DNA of 64,000 nucleotides from an uncultured archaeon (GTDB lineage: Archaea > Thermoproteota > EX4484-205 > JAAOZP01), in contig CALIBN010000007.1 of assembly GCA_938045545.1 (NCBI GenBank), positions 64,001 through 128,000 of the forward strand, written 5' to 3'. The notes below the pieces were generated by a model. The model was not told the DNA's origin and made no database searches. It saw only the letters and a program-made list of their open reading frames with translations. This document shows, piece after piece, positions 9,180 to 19,931 of this stretch (its first letter is position 1; the number at the start of each line of letters is the position of its first letter). A program made the position numbers and the translations under genes.

Positions 9180-10156
9180 CTATATTGCGGCTCGTAGTCT
9201 TTTCCACTCGTCTATGAAAGCCTGAACATTCTCCCATGGCCACTGCTCGCGGATAGAGGGTACTGCGTGAAGAATAAAGCCTCTTCGGCCGAAAACTTGG
9301 AAAGCATTCTGAACTGCTTTACGCACAGTCTCCAGCTTCCCCTGGCCTATTTGGATGGGTGCGCTAACACCCCCCAGATACACTTTCTACCGCCAAGCTT
9401 CTAAGCCACGATCCTCATGTCTTGGTTTCCAAGAGCCGGCTCGATGCCGTCATAAGCGTCGAAAGGGAGTTCAGCCAAATAGTCTAATATGGGCATCACG
9501 CCTGTGCAAACCGTGTAGCTGCAAACCCTGCCGGCGGAATGTGCCAGCTCAGCCTCCTCTCGCAACCTTTCCCCCAAAAAGGTTTGTAGCTGCCTAGGGC
9601 TCCAGAAATCCGTGGTCTCGTAGAAGCCGTTGCGGCGCACAATGTCCACACCATTTTCGACCAAGGCTCTAGCCTTCACCATTCTTTTCTGAAAGGCTTC
9701 AACCTCCCGCCTTCCTGGAGGCATGTGCACATAAGCCCAGCGCTTAACATCCTCCATGTTTTCAAGCCAAGGCTTAACGAAGCGGGAAACGTAAGTCTGA
9801 GAGTAGCGGTATTTCCATGCCATGTGGCCAATCAGGGGTTCTCCTTACAGCGGCGGTAAGAGGCACGGCGGGCGTCGTGATCCCTCGTGAAGAATGGGAT
9901 AGGGCTCACCCGGTGTCTCCCAAACCCTAAAAGATACTTCAGGATGCTGGCCCGCTGGAACATCCAAGGGTATAACAGGGTCGATGCCTAGCTCCTCTGC
10001 TTGTAACCGGAGTGCTTGCTCACCATAGGGATCTTGCTGTTGCCAGTCCCTATACTTACCAGGCTCAACCTGGGGCTCGCTGAAAAAAGTTGAGAGCGAC
10101 ACATAGTCCACATCCCCTCGGCGCATAGCTACTATCACGCGTTCACGAGAGTTCAT
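9180..10156 (-). pseudogene. Interrupted uroporphyrinogen-decarboxylase (UROD/MtaA) family gene
   Basis: Starts MNSRERVIVAMRRGDVD and ends GGVSA...GFILHAVPSIREQWPWENV. It is split across three ORFs by at least three frameshifts and an in-frame TAG at 9401-9403. Confidence 0.75.
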
Positions 10157-10267
10157 CCATTTCTACCTAATTTACATCCAGCGACTTGCTTACACATATG
10201 TTTTTGAATCGTGTTCCTGATCAACTTTTAACGGGTATTCAAAAGGAGCACCGTATTAAACTCAGAT

Positions 10268-11398
10268 TTAGAATATGTCTTCCGCGTAGGCTACACCTGC
10301 CGCATGTATGCCCCATTCTCGATATTTTAAGCATGTGGCTGAGTAATAAGCCGTATAGATGGTTCCGTCATCAAGCTGGACACTACTTGGGTATCCGCAG
10401 TCAGCGTCTGTCGCATAAGAGACTAAGGCGGCTCTCCTGTTAAACATCCATGATCGGCCGCCGTCGAGGCTTATCACCGCATGAACCCCGTAAGGTACCT
10501 TCCGGTGTCCAAAGGTTAGCAAAACCTTCCCGCTCTTAAGGTAACAAAGGTCCCCGGGGTGTTCACCGCCACCAGTCACCTGTTTAGGCTCAGACCATGT
10601 GTAACCCATGTCTCGAGAGCGACTGATGGCAACGCATTCGCCGCCACCCTGAGCATGGGGTCCGCGGAGGGCTGCCAACAAGTCTCCATCGGGTAATTGT
10701 AGAAGAGCGGTTTCATTATATCCTTTAGCGACGATGGTTAAATCCTTCCATGTGAAACCATTGTCCTCGGAGCGTAGAATATAGCTGGTCTCTATCGAGC
10801 CTTCTAAAGTATATTCTTGAGAGTAAACAGACATAAGAATAGTTCCATCATCCGTCTGAAGCATTCTCCCATAGGGTGAAACCGCCCCTTTAAACGGAAA
10901 CTCCAGCGGCTCTGGCTTACTCCACTCCCTACCACCGTTGGTCGACCTCGTTACGAACATTTGCCACCTCATCCCATTCCTCTTCCACAACCCATTCTCA
11001 TAACCCCAGACTCTTGCAAAGGCAACCAGCAGAGTACCGTCCTTCAATTGACATAGCGCCGGATTCCTATCGTCAGTCTGAGAAACAGTTACGATTCTTG
11101 GCATTGTCCATGTCTTACCCCCGTCTTTAGATAACGAGAGTTCCAAGCGGCCTCGTTGACCAACATGGTAATCCCCCATGCGGAAGACAACCGCTAGGTT
11201 TCCGTCACGGAGTTTAGTCAAAACCGGGAAATATCCACCCATAGGAGTTATAAGATATCTTCTAACCCGCTTAAGGGAACCAACCATCGCCTCATCGCAA
11301 AACTGCATTCCATACTCGAACTCCTCATCGGCTTTCATGTTTTTCCACGGCCCACCGTTTTTCCATATGCGGGCATTCTTATTAATTTTGATGTTCAT
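10268..11398 (-). CDS. Sialidase-like (BNR/Asp-box repeat, GH33-like) beta-propeller protein
   Basis: Five Asp-boxes: SKDGGKTW, STNGGREW, SEDNGFTW, SRDMGYTW and SLDGGRSW. C-terminal GYPSSVQLDDG. Confidence 0.8.
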   Translation of the reverse strand: MNIKINKNARIWKNGGPWKNMKADEEFEYGMQFCDEAMVGSLKRVRRYLITPMGGYFPVLTKLRDGNLAVVFRMGDYHVGQRGRLELSLSKDGGKTWTMPRIVTVSQTDDRNPALCQLKDGTLLVAFARVWGYENGLWKRNGMRWQMFVTRSTNGGREWSKPEPLEFPFKGAVSPYGRMLQTDDGTILMSVYSQEYTLEGSIETSYILRSEDNGFTWKDLTIVAKGYNETALLQLPDGDLLAALRGPHAQGGGECVAISRSRDMGYTWSEPKQVTGGGEHPGDLCYLKSGKVLLTFGHRKVPYGVHAVISLDGGRSWMFNRRAALVSYATDADCGYPSSVQLDDGTIYTAYYSATCLKYREWGIHAAGVAYAEDIF

Positions 11399-11535
11399 GC
11401 TTGCGGGATAAGTATCACCATTGCCATTCGTATCCGCGTGCTAGCTGTGTAGGTGAGCTTTTCCTCACTATAGTCGCAGAATGTTAACGCAAGAAACTAG
11501 GAATTTAAGGTTGTTTTTCACACGCATCAAACGTT

Positions 11536-12384
11536 TTATTCTGCCCTAACCAATAACACTATGGTTTGAGGCCCGATTTGGAGTGCTAATGCCTTTAGTT
11601 TTTCTCTACAGTAAAACGGAGAATAAATTATCGTCATGTTTCCCTGCTTTAAAACATACTGTGCGAATTCTCCACCATCCCGGGTCCAAGGCAGAATAGG
11701 GATTATCTCAAACGATCCATCCTCATACTCCACTTTAACCCCGGCGGAGAACATCTCAACCTCAGATACGGGTGTATTACCGTAAAAACATTCATGGAGG
11801 CGGAGTATTGTTGGCGCAAGGTAGGTGAAGACTACTCCTCTGAAGACTATTTTCGTACCGTTCTCCAGCTCGCTCGCCGTTACCAGCAGGTATCTGAACC
11901 TTAAGCCTCCCACTGTAACAAAATCTTCTGAAAGATCCAGGTTTTCGTAAAGCGGTATTTGCCTTGACGCAACCCGATGAATCTCAGGGATCGTCACCGC
12001 TGATAGCAGGACAACGATTACAGCTAAACTTAGAATATTAAGCATCCTACTCTTTCTTACACTCATCTGTTCAACGAGCTGTGTAAACCGTAAAGCCTCC
12101 CTCCCATCGTCACTTATCACATACTTTCCATAGGCGTCCTGTTTCACAAGGTCTCTCAGCCTCTCTAAGTGGTACTGAAGATGGCCACTGCTCTCCATCC
12201 CCAGAGCCTTTTTAAGCTCCGAAAAGCCCATGGGTTCCTGCCGAAGAACCTTCAATATCCTTATCCTCACGGGATGCGCGAGAACGTCGAAGAGCTCAGC
12301 CCTTCTTATAGAATCATCCCTCTCCATTGATTCCGAATGTTTCACACATGATTTAAGGCTTTTCAAGTCTAAAATTCTGGACAA
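11536..12384 (-). CDS. Membrane-anchored ArsR-family winged-helix regulator (HTH-TM-extracellular domain); likely start 12327
   Basis: ELFDVLAHPVRIRILKVL...FSELKKALGMESSGHLQYHLERL, then one TM (ILSLAVIVVLLSAV) and a ~150-aa C-terminal domain. Confidence 0.8.
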   Translation of the reverse strand: MSRILDLKSLKSCVKHSESMERDDSIRRAELFDVLAHPVRIRILKVLRQEPMGFSELKKALGMESSGHLQYHLERLRDLVKQDAYGKYVISDDGREALRFTQLVEQMSVRKSRMLNILSLAVIVVLLSAVTIPEIHRVASRQIPLYENLDLSEDFVTVGGLRFRYLLVTASELENGTKIVFRGVVFTYLAPTILRLHECFYGNTPVSEVEMFSAGVKVEYEDGSFEIIPILPWTRDGGEFAQYVLKQGNMTIIYSPFYCREKLKALALQIGPQTIVLLVRAE

Positions 12385-12398
12385 GCAGGAATATAGAT

Positions 12399-12441
12399 AC
12401 CTGATTAGGTCTAGAAGAGAGGCATTATATATGCACTTCTA
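12399..12441. promoter_or_regulatory. Divergent promoter with imperfect inverted repeats around a TATA element
   Basis: TAGAAG...GCAT-tatat-ATGC...CTTCTA at 12412-12441 and ACCT-gatt-AGGT at 12399-12410. Confidence 0.35.
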
Positions 12442-12470
12442 AATACTCCTTAATGGAAGGAGGTGAGAAG

Positions 12471-13181
12471 ATGAGAACAGTAAAAGTGCTGTCTAGGAGA
12501 AGTTCTACTATCTTAAGTTTTGCTCTAATTTCCTTTCTCGCGGCAATAGTGCTGTTACAGGGTAAGGTGAGGAGTCAAGCGGCCGGTCCAGAAAAATTAA
12601 TCCCGATCAATATTCAAGCAATAAAGCTCGAGAATCCTACAAACGATCCGTACAAATGGCCCCCTCCGTTCGTAAGGGAAATCATGTTGGATGACGGAAG
12701 AGTATTGAAAGTTAACCTCTGGGGCTTCATCCTCAGGGCTACAGGGCAACTTATTAAAGAGGAGGGGTATTTCTGGATCGCATCTTGGAAGTTCATGTAT
12801 ATTGCCGGATCCCCTAAAGGTTCAAGCTCCGCGAAAGCCACCCTTCATTTCACATTCTTGACCTTTGAGAGGCCGGAGCCATCTTCAATAGGCGAACCAA
12901 TCGGAGGAGTGCTTTCTCCTCGAGAGGCCCGCCTACATGGCGGTTTCTATGAACCGGCGGGTGCACCGATATGGGTAACAATCACGTGGGAACCGGCGGA
13001 CAGGCCAATAATAGTATCTACCTACTGCGCCGAAACCAGAAGAGGGCAAGGCTATCAAATCACTGGAGGTAGCTGGACCGGAAACCTGACGGTACTCGAC
13101 TCGGGAATCAACTATGTTGTAGTGGGGAACCCAAATGACGATGTCACTATAACGTATTCAGGCGAGTTAATCTGGCCATAA
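12471..13181 (+). CDS. Secreted or membrane-anchored hypothetical protein with a C-terminal beta-sandwich
   Basis: RBS GGAGGTGA at 12459-12466 before ATG 12471. Basic N-terminus followed by a hydrophobic signal/TM. Beta-rich C-terminus. Confidence 0.65.
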   Translation: MRTVKVLSRRSSTILSFALISFLAAIVLLQGKVRSQAAGPEKLIPINIQAIKLENPTNDPYKWPPPFVREIMLDDGRVLKVNLWGFILRATGQLIKEEGYFWIASWKFMYIAGSPKGSSSAKATLHFTFLTFERPEPSSIGEPIGGVLSPREARLHGGFYEPAGAPIWVTITWEPADRPIIVSTYCAETRRGQGYQITGGSWTGNLTVLDSGINYVVVGNPNDDVTITYSGELIWP

Positions 13182-13706
13182 TCCAACTCTATACTCAATC
13201 TCCTCTCTCTTATTTTTCCGCTTCGCTGTTTTAAACACGACATTCTCTTAATAAATTTGAGACCATGTTTATGGAATAAGTATCAGCGTCATCCCTTATA
13301 TTCTGTCAGGCGATATGCGCTAAATAGTGATGCAGCGCACCTATACGATTGCTGCCCCTTCTTGAGAGAAATGTTCATGATGTTTCCTATGACCTTTGGC
13401 ATCGATCTGCATAGACAGTTATTGCCGCGAAGAGTCAGGGGCCTCTTACTGAAGCCAAAAATATGAATAGGGCAGAAATATTTCACTTCTTTCCAATTTC
13501 AGAGGAAACTGAATGCAATTTTGAAATCAAGAATGAGTTAAACGCTTCCCTACTGGATTTTAGATTTAGCTGATGAAGTTACAGGCCTCATAAAACTTCG
13601 AGAGAGGCTTAAATACATGAGGCTTGAATGATGCTGGACAAACAAATTCAAATATTGGAAAATGACAGATGAAATAAAAATGAAGGCATGAGGTTTAGGA
13701 AGGTCT

Positions 13707-14804
13707 TTACGTATATTCTCCGTATTTTCTGATCAGCTTTATGTATTCTTGAAATGCGCTGAAAGAAACATCAGGCGGCACACTGTGGTCTGAACATGCT
13801 ATGTATCCCCCGCCTTTTTTTGCGACGGGTATCTTGCGGGATATTTCAACCTCAATCTCCTTGGGGTTGCCAATCTTCCTTGCATCGAGGTTTCCAATGA
13901 AGGAAAGGGTCTTCCCATATTTCTCTTTCAGCTCGACAACATCCATTCCCGCCTTAACTTCCATCGGCTGTAAGGCCGTGAAACCAGCTTCGATCAATTT
14001 CGGGATCAACAGGTTCACGTTGCCGTCAGTATGCAATATGGTCGGCATATTCCTCACCCTATAGGCAGAGGTCATTTGAGCATGCGCCGGCTTCACGAAC
14101 TCGTCGTAAACCTTCGGGGAGAAGAACGGCCCCTTGTTGTAACCTATATCGTCCCAAACCCACAGTCCGTCAACTCCTAGCTTAAGATAGGTTTCCACGA
14201 TCCTTGAGAAATACTGGCCCAAATGTCTGAAAATATACTTAACGAGGTCCGGATCCCTGTGGATCGCGACTAACACCTTGTCCACGCTTTCCCCAAGTAT
14301 ATGTCTAGTTGCTTCAAAAGGGCCTATTATCGAGCAGAATACGGCGTAATGCTCCTTCAACCTCCTTATGCCTTCCTCAAGCTCCCTCTTAAACGGGTAT
14401 CTGCTGCTTGAAACCCTGATTGGCAGCTCAGGGTCTAACAGGGGCTCAAGCTTCTCTTTAAAATCCTCAATCGTCGAGACCGATGGTGGTCCAGCGGGAT
14501 GAGGCGTACCGCTCCTACCGATCCAAGCCTTCACCCTCACGCCCCAGGAATCTATGTATGTTCGAAACTTATCATTCTCTTCGAGTATGATGGTGTCATA
14601 CTTAGGACTTACATCCGGACCTATTAGGTAGATATCGTAGCCAAAATAATCATGTAAGGAAACTCCTCTAGGCAGGCCCTCGCTATACCATCTCTCCAGG
14701 GTTTCGCCCCATGGGAAATCTATGAAGGGAACCCTGTCTGCCTCCTCGTGGTTTAACACTCTTAACACCCGTTCCCTCGAATCCATGTTTTTCAAAAATC
14801 CCAC
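13707..14804 (-). CDS. Uroporphyrinogen decarboxylase (UROD/MtaA) family protein; likely start 14786
   Basis: MDSRERVLRVLNHEEADRVP, GPFE, DDIGYNKGPFFSP, HTDGN and GGGYIACSDHSV. Confidence 0.85.
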   Translation of the reverse strand: MGFLKNMDSRERVLRVLNHEEADRVPFIDFPWGETLERWYSEGLPRGVSLHDYFGYDIYLIGPDVSPKYDTIILEENDKFRTYIDSWGVRVKAWIGRSGTPHPAGPPSVSTIEDFKEKLEPLLDPELPIRVSSSRYPFKRELEEGIRRLKEHYAVFCSIIGPFEATRHILGESVDKVLVAIHRDPDLVKYIFRHLGQYFSRIVETYLKLGVDGLWVWDDIGYNKGPFFSPKVYDEFVKPAHAQMTSAYRVRNMPTILHTDGNVNLLIPKLIEAGFTALQPMEVKAGMDVVELKEKYGKTLSFIGNLDARKIGNPKEIEVEISRKIPVAKKGGGYIACSDHSVPPDVSFSAFQEYIKLIRKYGEYT

Positions 14805-14854
14805 TTATTACTTAAATCTATCCCCTAAGACAAAAAGGGATGAGCCACATGTTC

Positions 14855-16042
14855 TCAAGCGGCTTTTCTAACTAGTAAAAACAATAGGGTTGAGAGCAGT
14901 GTTAAAAAGCTGGCTGCGTAAAATATGGATGCCGGCCCAAGGCTTTCCCAGAGAAGGCCTCCCAGTATTCCTCCAAAAACCCCACCCAAACCATTGCTTA
15001 ACTCTATGAATCCCATTGCTTCCCCAAGGTTTTCACCGTGGCAAATCTCTGCTGTGAGAGTCCTCCTGGCGGGGAGGTCCATAGCCCCTACGAGACCGAA
15101 AACAAAAACGTAAAGCCCCATGGATGTAAAACTATCTGATAAAGCGAGAATAATCCAGGTTGGCGAGGATGCTGCCAGATGCGTCAACATCATTCTCCAG
15201 CTTCCCTTTCTTGTTGTGACCCATGCCCAGGGAAGGAAGCCGGCCGCCAGCCCAATGTTCCAAATCGAGATGACCATTCCGACTCCCGCCATGTCTAACC
15301 CAACGATTCTCTGGGCGAAAAGACTGATGTATGGGGAGATCATGAAGAAACCCAGTTCGTGAAAGAAGATTGAGCAACCGTAGAAGATTAGCCGTGGATT
15401 CTGCCTAAGCATGTGTAACGTTGTTCTAATGTCGACTGAGCTCGCTAAAACTTTCAGCCTGTTTCCAGGGGATCTGCCTGTTCCTCCAGCAATATAGAGA
15501 GAATAAATCGGGATGGATAAGAGAAAAAATATTGAGGCGGTAAAAAACGGGAGTTCTACTGTAAAGATTTTTGAAAGCCAGCCTGCTAAAAATGAGCTTA
15601 GCGACGACCCGGCTAGGGTTGCAAGATAGAAAACTGCGAAGAAGAGTGGAGCCTTAGAGGATTCCGTGCTTTCAAATATTAGGGCACTATTGTTAGGCGT
15701 GAATAAGGCTGTCGAAAAACCGATTAGAATATAGAGTGATAAGGCTGTGAAAATGTTTGCTGCGAAATACACCAGTATGCATGCTACGGCGCCCAGAATA
15801 CTGGAAACTATGAGTGGGGTACGTCTACCGGTGAAGTCGGAGAGTCTGCCGAACGGCATGGAGGTGAAACTGATGATGCCCCAGCTGACTGAGTTTAATG
15901 CACCTATTTGACTCGGAGAGACCCCCTTGCTGTTGAAAAATGGGGAGGCTATAGCCCCCTGCATTGAGGAGGCTGCCTGATGGAGCAGGCCGCCTGCAAG
16001 AACACCTTTGAAATCCCTGTTTCTCCCTTCTTTCAAACCCAT
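14855..16042 (-). CDS. MFS transporter
   Basis: 12 TMs and MFS motif A (GRLSDFTGRR). Confidence 0.85.
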   Translation of the reverse strand: MGLKEGRNRDFKGVLAGGLLHQAASSMQGAIASPFFNSKGVSPSQIGALNSVSWGIISFTSMPFGRLSDFTGRRTPLIVSSILGAVACILVYFAANIFTALSLYILIGFSTALFTPNNSALIFESTESSKAPLFFAVFYLATLAGSSLSSFLAGWLSKIFTVELPFFTASIFFLLSIPIYSLYIAGGTGRSPGNRLKVLASSVDIRTTLHMLRQNPRLIFYGCSIFFHELGFFMISPYISLFAQRIVGLDMAGVGMVISIWNIGLAAGFLPWAWVTTRKGSWRMMLTHLAASSPTWIILALSDSFTSMGLYVFVFGLVGAMDLPARRTLTAEICHGENLGEAMGFIELSNGLGGVFGGILGGLLWESLGPASIFYAASFLTLLSTLLFLLVRKAA

Positions 16043-16083
16043 TGAGGAGATCCCGTCTAATCCTTTTTTAAATTTTAAAACTT

Positions 16084-16293
16084 CTATCTAACCCTTAAAC
16101 TTGGAAACCTGTCTCTCACGAAGTTTTCAGAAGACCTGTCGTATGTTTTCTCAGCCCCCTTGGAGAAGAAGCATGCTGGAAGCTCTCCGCGTGCCCTATG
16201 GTAACTTATGCATTCGCAGCATATCCCCTTCTTGGGGCAATCGGGCCATGTGCAAGGACAGTTCTTCAAGTTTTTTTCTCTTTTGCAATCCAT
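16084..16293 (-). CDS. Small Cys-rich protein (DUF6485-like)
   Basis: [43 protein letters not shown], a conserved CxC...CCEC...H...LPACFF pattern. Confidence 0.7.
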   Translation of the reverse strand: MDCKREKNLKNCPCTWPDCPKKGICCECISYHRARGELPACFFSKGAEKTYDRSSENFVRDRFPSLRVR

Positions 16294-16398
16294 GGTGGAA
16301 AAGCTGAGCCTCAAGTATTTTAATTTTTAGTTTAGTTTTTGAACTTGGCTGACAAATAAGTTTATAATAATCGAAACCTCATCTGAAAACGAGTAATC

Positions 16399-17763
16399 AT
16401 GGTTAAGATAACTGTTATTGGAGCAGGAAGCCTAGCTTGGTCGGCGACGCTGGTTCGCGACTTATGTTTGACTCCGAGCCTGAGAGGTTCAACAGTAGTG
16501 TTCATGGATATAAACAAGGAAAGGCTGAGCCTGATTGACGCTTTCGCTAAGAGGTATGCTTCTGAGGTTGAAGCCAACCTGGTTTTTGAGAAAACAACCG
16601 ACAGGAGGGCTGCGTTAAAGGATTCAGACGTGGTGATAAACACAGCCATGGCTGGGGGCCACTCTTACTATGAAAACATGAGAAGGATCTCAGAGAAGCA
16701 TGGCTACTATAGGGGAATAAACAGTGTTGAGTGGAACATGGTTTCAGACTACCATACCATATGGGGCTACTACCAGTTTAAACTTGCCTTGGATATCGCG
16801 AGGGATATTGAGGAATTAAGCCCAGAAGCATGGCTTCTCCAGCTCGCCAACCCTGTTTTCGAGCTAACCACTCTAATAAGCAGGGAGACTAAGACAAGAG
16901 TCATAGGACTTTGCCACGGCCACCTGGGTTATCTAGAGATATCCAGTATCCTAGGGCTTAACCCTAGGAATATTGATTTCGAGGCCATAGGCTTTAACCA
17001 CGTTATCTGGCTAACCAGGTTTAAACATAATGGGGAGGATGCTTACCGTTTCATAGACGACTGGATTAGAAACAAGGCTGAAGAATACTGGAAGATATGG
17101 CGCGAGGATCAAGTAAACCCGTTCGACATACAGATGTCTCCAGCAGCCGTCGACATGTACAGGACCTACGGGCTTTTCCCGGTAGGGGACACTGTTAGGA
17201 GTGGAACGTGGAAGTATCATTGGAACCTTGAGACTAAGAGAAAATGGTACGGCTCTCTAGCGGGCCCGGATTCTGAAACCGGTTGGAAAGTATACTTAGA
17301 TATGCTTCAGTACAACTTTGACACGATAGCTGAGGCGATAAAGGATCCGGCGCCTTTGACAAGAATGCTCCCCCCAAATCTTAGCCGGGAATCAGTTGTC
17401 CCAATAATAGACTCGTTGATGAACGATAAGGTGGGAGTCTACCAGGTTAACGTTTTAAACATGGGTGTGATTGCTGATTTGCCTGATGACGTTGCTGTCG
17501 AGATTCCGGCTAAGGTTGACGGGAAAGGCGTGCACAGGATGAGGGTTGAAAAACTGCCTAGGCGAATAGTAAACTATGTTCTCCGGCCAAGAATGATGAG
17601 GATGGAGTGGGCTCTTGAAGCGTTCTTAGATGGTGGTCGTGACACTCTTTTCGAATGGCTGGTGACAGACACTAGGACAAAGTCTACAGAGCAGGTTAAC
17701 CGGGTCATAGACGACGTTCTTTCAATGCCGGAGAACCTGGAGATGGCGAAACATTTCAAGTGA
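16399..17763 (+). CDS. aglA: GH4 NAD+-dependent alpha-glucosidase/alpha-glucuronidase (Thermotoga AglA-like)
   Basis: IGAGS Rossmann motif, INTAMAGGH, HGYYRGI, ANPVFE, GLCHG, SPAAVDMYR and RPRMMRMEWALEAF. Confidence 0.85.
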   Translation: MVKITVIGAGSLAWSATLVRDLCLTPSLRGSTVVFMDINKERLSLIDAFAKRYASEVEANLVFEKTTDRRAALKDSDVVINTAMAGGHSYYENMRRISEKHGYYRGINSVEWNMVSDYHTIWGYYQFKLALDIARDIEELSPEAWLLQLANPVFELTTLISRETKTRVIGLCHGHLGYLEISSILGLNPRNIDFEAIGFNHVIWLTRFKHNGEDAYRFIDDWIRNKAEEYWKIWREDQVNPFDIQMSPAAVDMYRTYGLFPVGDTVRSGTWKYHWNLETKRKWYGSLAGPDSETGWKVYLDMLQYNFDTIAEAIKDPAPLTRMLPPNLSRESVVPIIDSLMNDKVGVYQVNVLNMGVIADLPDDVAVEIPAKVDGKGVHRMRVEKLPRRIVNYVLRPRMMRMEWALEAFLDGGRDTLFEWLVTDTRTKSTEQVNRVIDDVLSMPENLEMAKHFK

Positions 17764-17882
17764 ATCCTTGCTTGCTAAAGTGTTTTCTGCCGCGTGGTCC
17801 AAGCGTTTTTTGACTGAAAGAAGGTTCGGCGGGAGAGTTAACATTGAAAAAGATGGGAAGCGTTACAGGATGAGTGAGTAAA

Positions 17883-18689
17883 CTACGCTAGGGCAAGACC
17901 CTCCTTCTTAGCCTTTCTCTCCAAATGGAATATTGCAGCTTTCGCTAGAAGGCCGAAACCTAGTGTGAAGGCGAGTAGCATTCCGATCTCAACTTCCACA
18001 GGCCACACGGTGCTGGCTCCCATTATGAAGTGGCGTGAAAGATCAATCCCGTGGGTTAGAGGTATGAAGAATGCGATGATTTTCAACGGGTCAGGCATAA
18101 ACTGGAGGGGTACGAACATTCCCGTGGCTATTTGAAAGAGGAAATTAAGGATGGACATTACTGCTGAAACATCTTTGAAAAGCAGTATGGCGCTGGACAT
18201 TATAACACCTATCTGGCATAGGGCTAGGAAGGTTAGGAGTAGCGTGATGCAGGTCATTAAGAAAGCAGGTAGAGGTGGAAAACTGCCTAGGAGGATGAAT
18301 GCTGTCGCAAACATAGGTATTATGCCGAACAATGTTCCAACAACAGCTTGGGAGACGGATGAGGAAAGCATGTAGACATATCTGGAGACTGGCGAGGCAA
18401 ACGTGTACTCGATCTGACCCCTAGTTAACTCGTCCCTTATCTCCCAGGCTCCCCAGGTTGCAGCGCCCTGATAGTTTTGGAAAGCAACCCCGATTAATAG
18501 AAATACGGCGTAATTCGTGCTTCCAATCGAGCCGAGTTTAGCAGGGTCTATTACGAACCCGAAGATCATGAGGCCAAGACCCCATATGAAGCTCATTATC
18601 AACTCGACTGTGAAATTCAGCTTGTAACGCGTTATCTCCCTTATTCTCCTCCAGACTGTCATCCTGATCATTGTCAGAATATTGCTCAT
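17883..18689 (-). CDS. ABC-2 type exporter permease
   Basis: 6 TMs, ELTRGQIEYTFASP and FFIPLTHGIDLSR. Overlaps the ATPase gene. Confidence 0.85.
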   Translation of the reverse strand: MSNILTMIRMTVWRRIREITRYKLNFTVELIMSFIWGLGLMIFGFVIDPAKLGSIGSTNYAVFLLIGVAFQNYQGAATWGAWEIRDELTRGQIEYTFASPVSRYVYMLSSSVSQAVVGTLFGIIPMFATAFILLGSFPPLPAFLMTCITLLLTFLALCQIGVIMSSAILLFKDVSAVMSILNFLFQIATGMFVPLQFMPDPLKIIAFFIPLTHGIDLSRHFIMGASTVWPVEVEIGMLLAFTLGFGLLAKAAIFHLERKAKKEGLALA

Positions 18690-19696
18690 CCTTCCCCACC
18701 CTCAACCATTATTTTAAACGCTTCTTCAAGCGTTAGATTCTCTATCCTTATTCCAGGCCTCTGCCCTTTGTCTTTCAAAAGCTTGATCACAACCGGCAGG
18801 GTTTCATAAGCATCCTTACAGTAAATCCTAAGATCAGAGTTCTCCCGTTGAACACTGATAACTCCCTCGACATGGGTCAGCTTCTTCACGAGCTCTTCGT
18901 GAATATTGTTCCCGTTTATCTGAATGACCTCAGTTCTAGTGACTGATTCCCTCATTTTCTCCGGCGCCCCGTCGAACATAATCTTGCCCTTGTTCATCAT
19001 GATAACCCTATCACCTAGCTCTTCAGCCTCCTTCATGTTGTGGGTTGTGACGATTATGGCTGCCCCTCTATTCTGAGCGTAATCCTTCAAATATTTTCTA
19101 ACTTTAGAGGCAGTAAGAGGATCAAGAGATTTAGAAGGCTCATCCATGAACACGATCCTCGGCCGGGTTATTAGAGACCTCATTATTACGAAAGTCTGCT
19201 TCTGTCCTCCTGAAAGAGCAATGAAATACTGGTCTAGACAATCTTTAAAATCGAACTCCCTAGCCATCTCCTCAATCCTCTCGTTAGCCTCAGACCTGTG
19301 TAACCCGTGGAAAGCAGTAGCGAAGAAAATCAGGTTCTCCCTAGCGGTCAACCTGAAGAAAGCGGATCTCTCACTATCTTGGCCAGCGTAACCAATTATT
19401 CTCCTAACACTGTCGGCCTGAGAAACCACGTCGTAGCCGCCGACCCATGCTTGCCCCTCGTCTGGAAACAGGAGGGTGCTCAATATCTTTACTAAAGTAG
19501 TCTTACCGGCTCCATTAGGCCCGAGAAGACAGACTATTTCCCCCTGTCTGACACTGAAGCTGACGCCTTGAAGCGCAACCGTCTGCTTTCCACCGGACCT
19601 ATATGTCTTGCGAAGACCCGTAGCCTGAACTAGGGTTCTCAAAACCGGTTTTTCCATGGTAGTTGTCTCTGCCGCGGCTCTTGCCTTAACACCCAT
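18686..19696 (-). CDS. ABC exporter ATP-binding protein (DrrA-like)
   Basis: Walker A GPNGAGKT, signature LSGGQ, Walker B FMDEP, H-loop TTH. Confidence 0.9.
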   Translation of the reverse strand: MGVKARAAAETTTMEKPVLRTLVQATGLRKTYRSGGKQTVALQGVSFSVRQGEIVCLLGPNGAGKTTLVKILSTLLFPDEGQAWVGGYDVVSQADSVRRIIGYAGQDSERSAFFRLTARENLIFFATAFHGLHRSEANERIEEMAREFDFKDCLDQYFIALSGGQKQTFVIMRSLITRPRIVFMDEPSKSLDPLTASKVRKYLKDYAQNRGAAIIVTTHNMKEAEELGDRVIMMNKGKIMFDGAPEKMRESVTRTEVIQINGNNIHEELVKKLTHVEGVISVQRENSDLRIYCKDAYETLPVVIKLLKDKGQRPGIRIENLTLEEAFKIMVEGGEG

Positions 19697-19931
19697 GTTT
19701 TCATCACCAGACCGATAAAACTATTTTTAAAAATGACTCGCGAAATGTGAATTCTAAATGTAATTGTCTGAAGAGAGTCGCCCAATGCCTTCTAGGGTTG
19801 TTTCCCGCCATTTCAGAAATGCTTCTCTATGAATGCTTTTAAGAATTTTGCAACTTTTTACCCAAGTATTTGCCCACCCCACCCGGCGCGTGCTGCATTA
19901 TGAATGACGATTATCTACCTCGATCTAACTT

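Noticed and set aside
13200-13700. Short ORFs 13257-13466 and 13289-13486 and the fragment YWILDLADEVTGLIKLRERLKYMRLE
   Set aside because: No recognisable motif, RBS or consistent frame. At most an unidentifiable remnant.
19723-19734. Perfect palindrome ATTTTTAAAAAT upstream of the ABC ATPase
   Set aside because: It is low-complexity and sits at the TATA-box position, so the promoter explains it.
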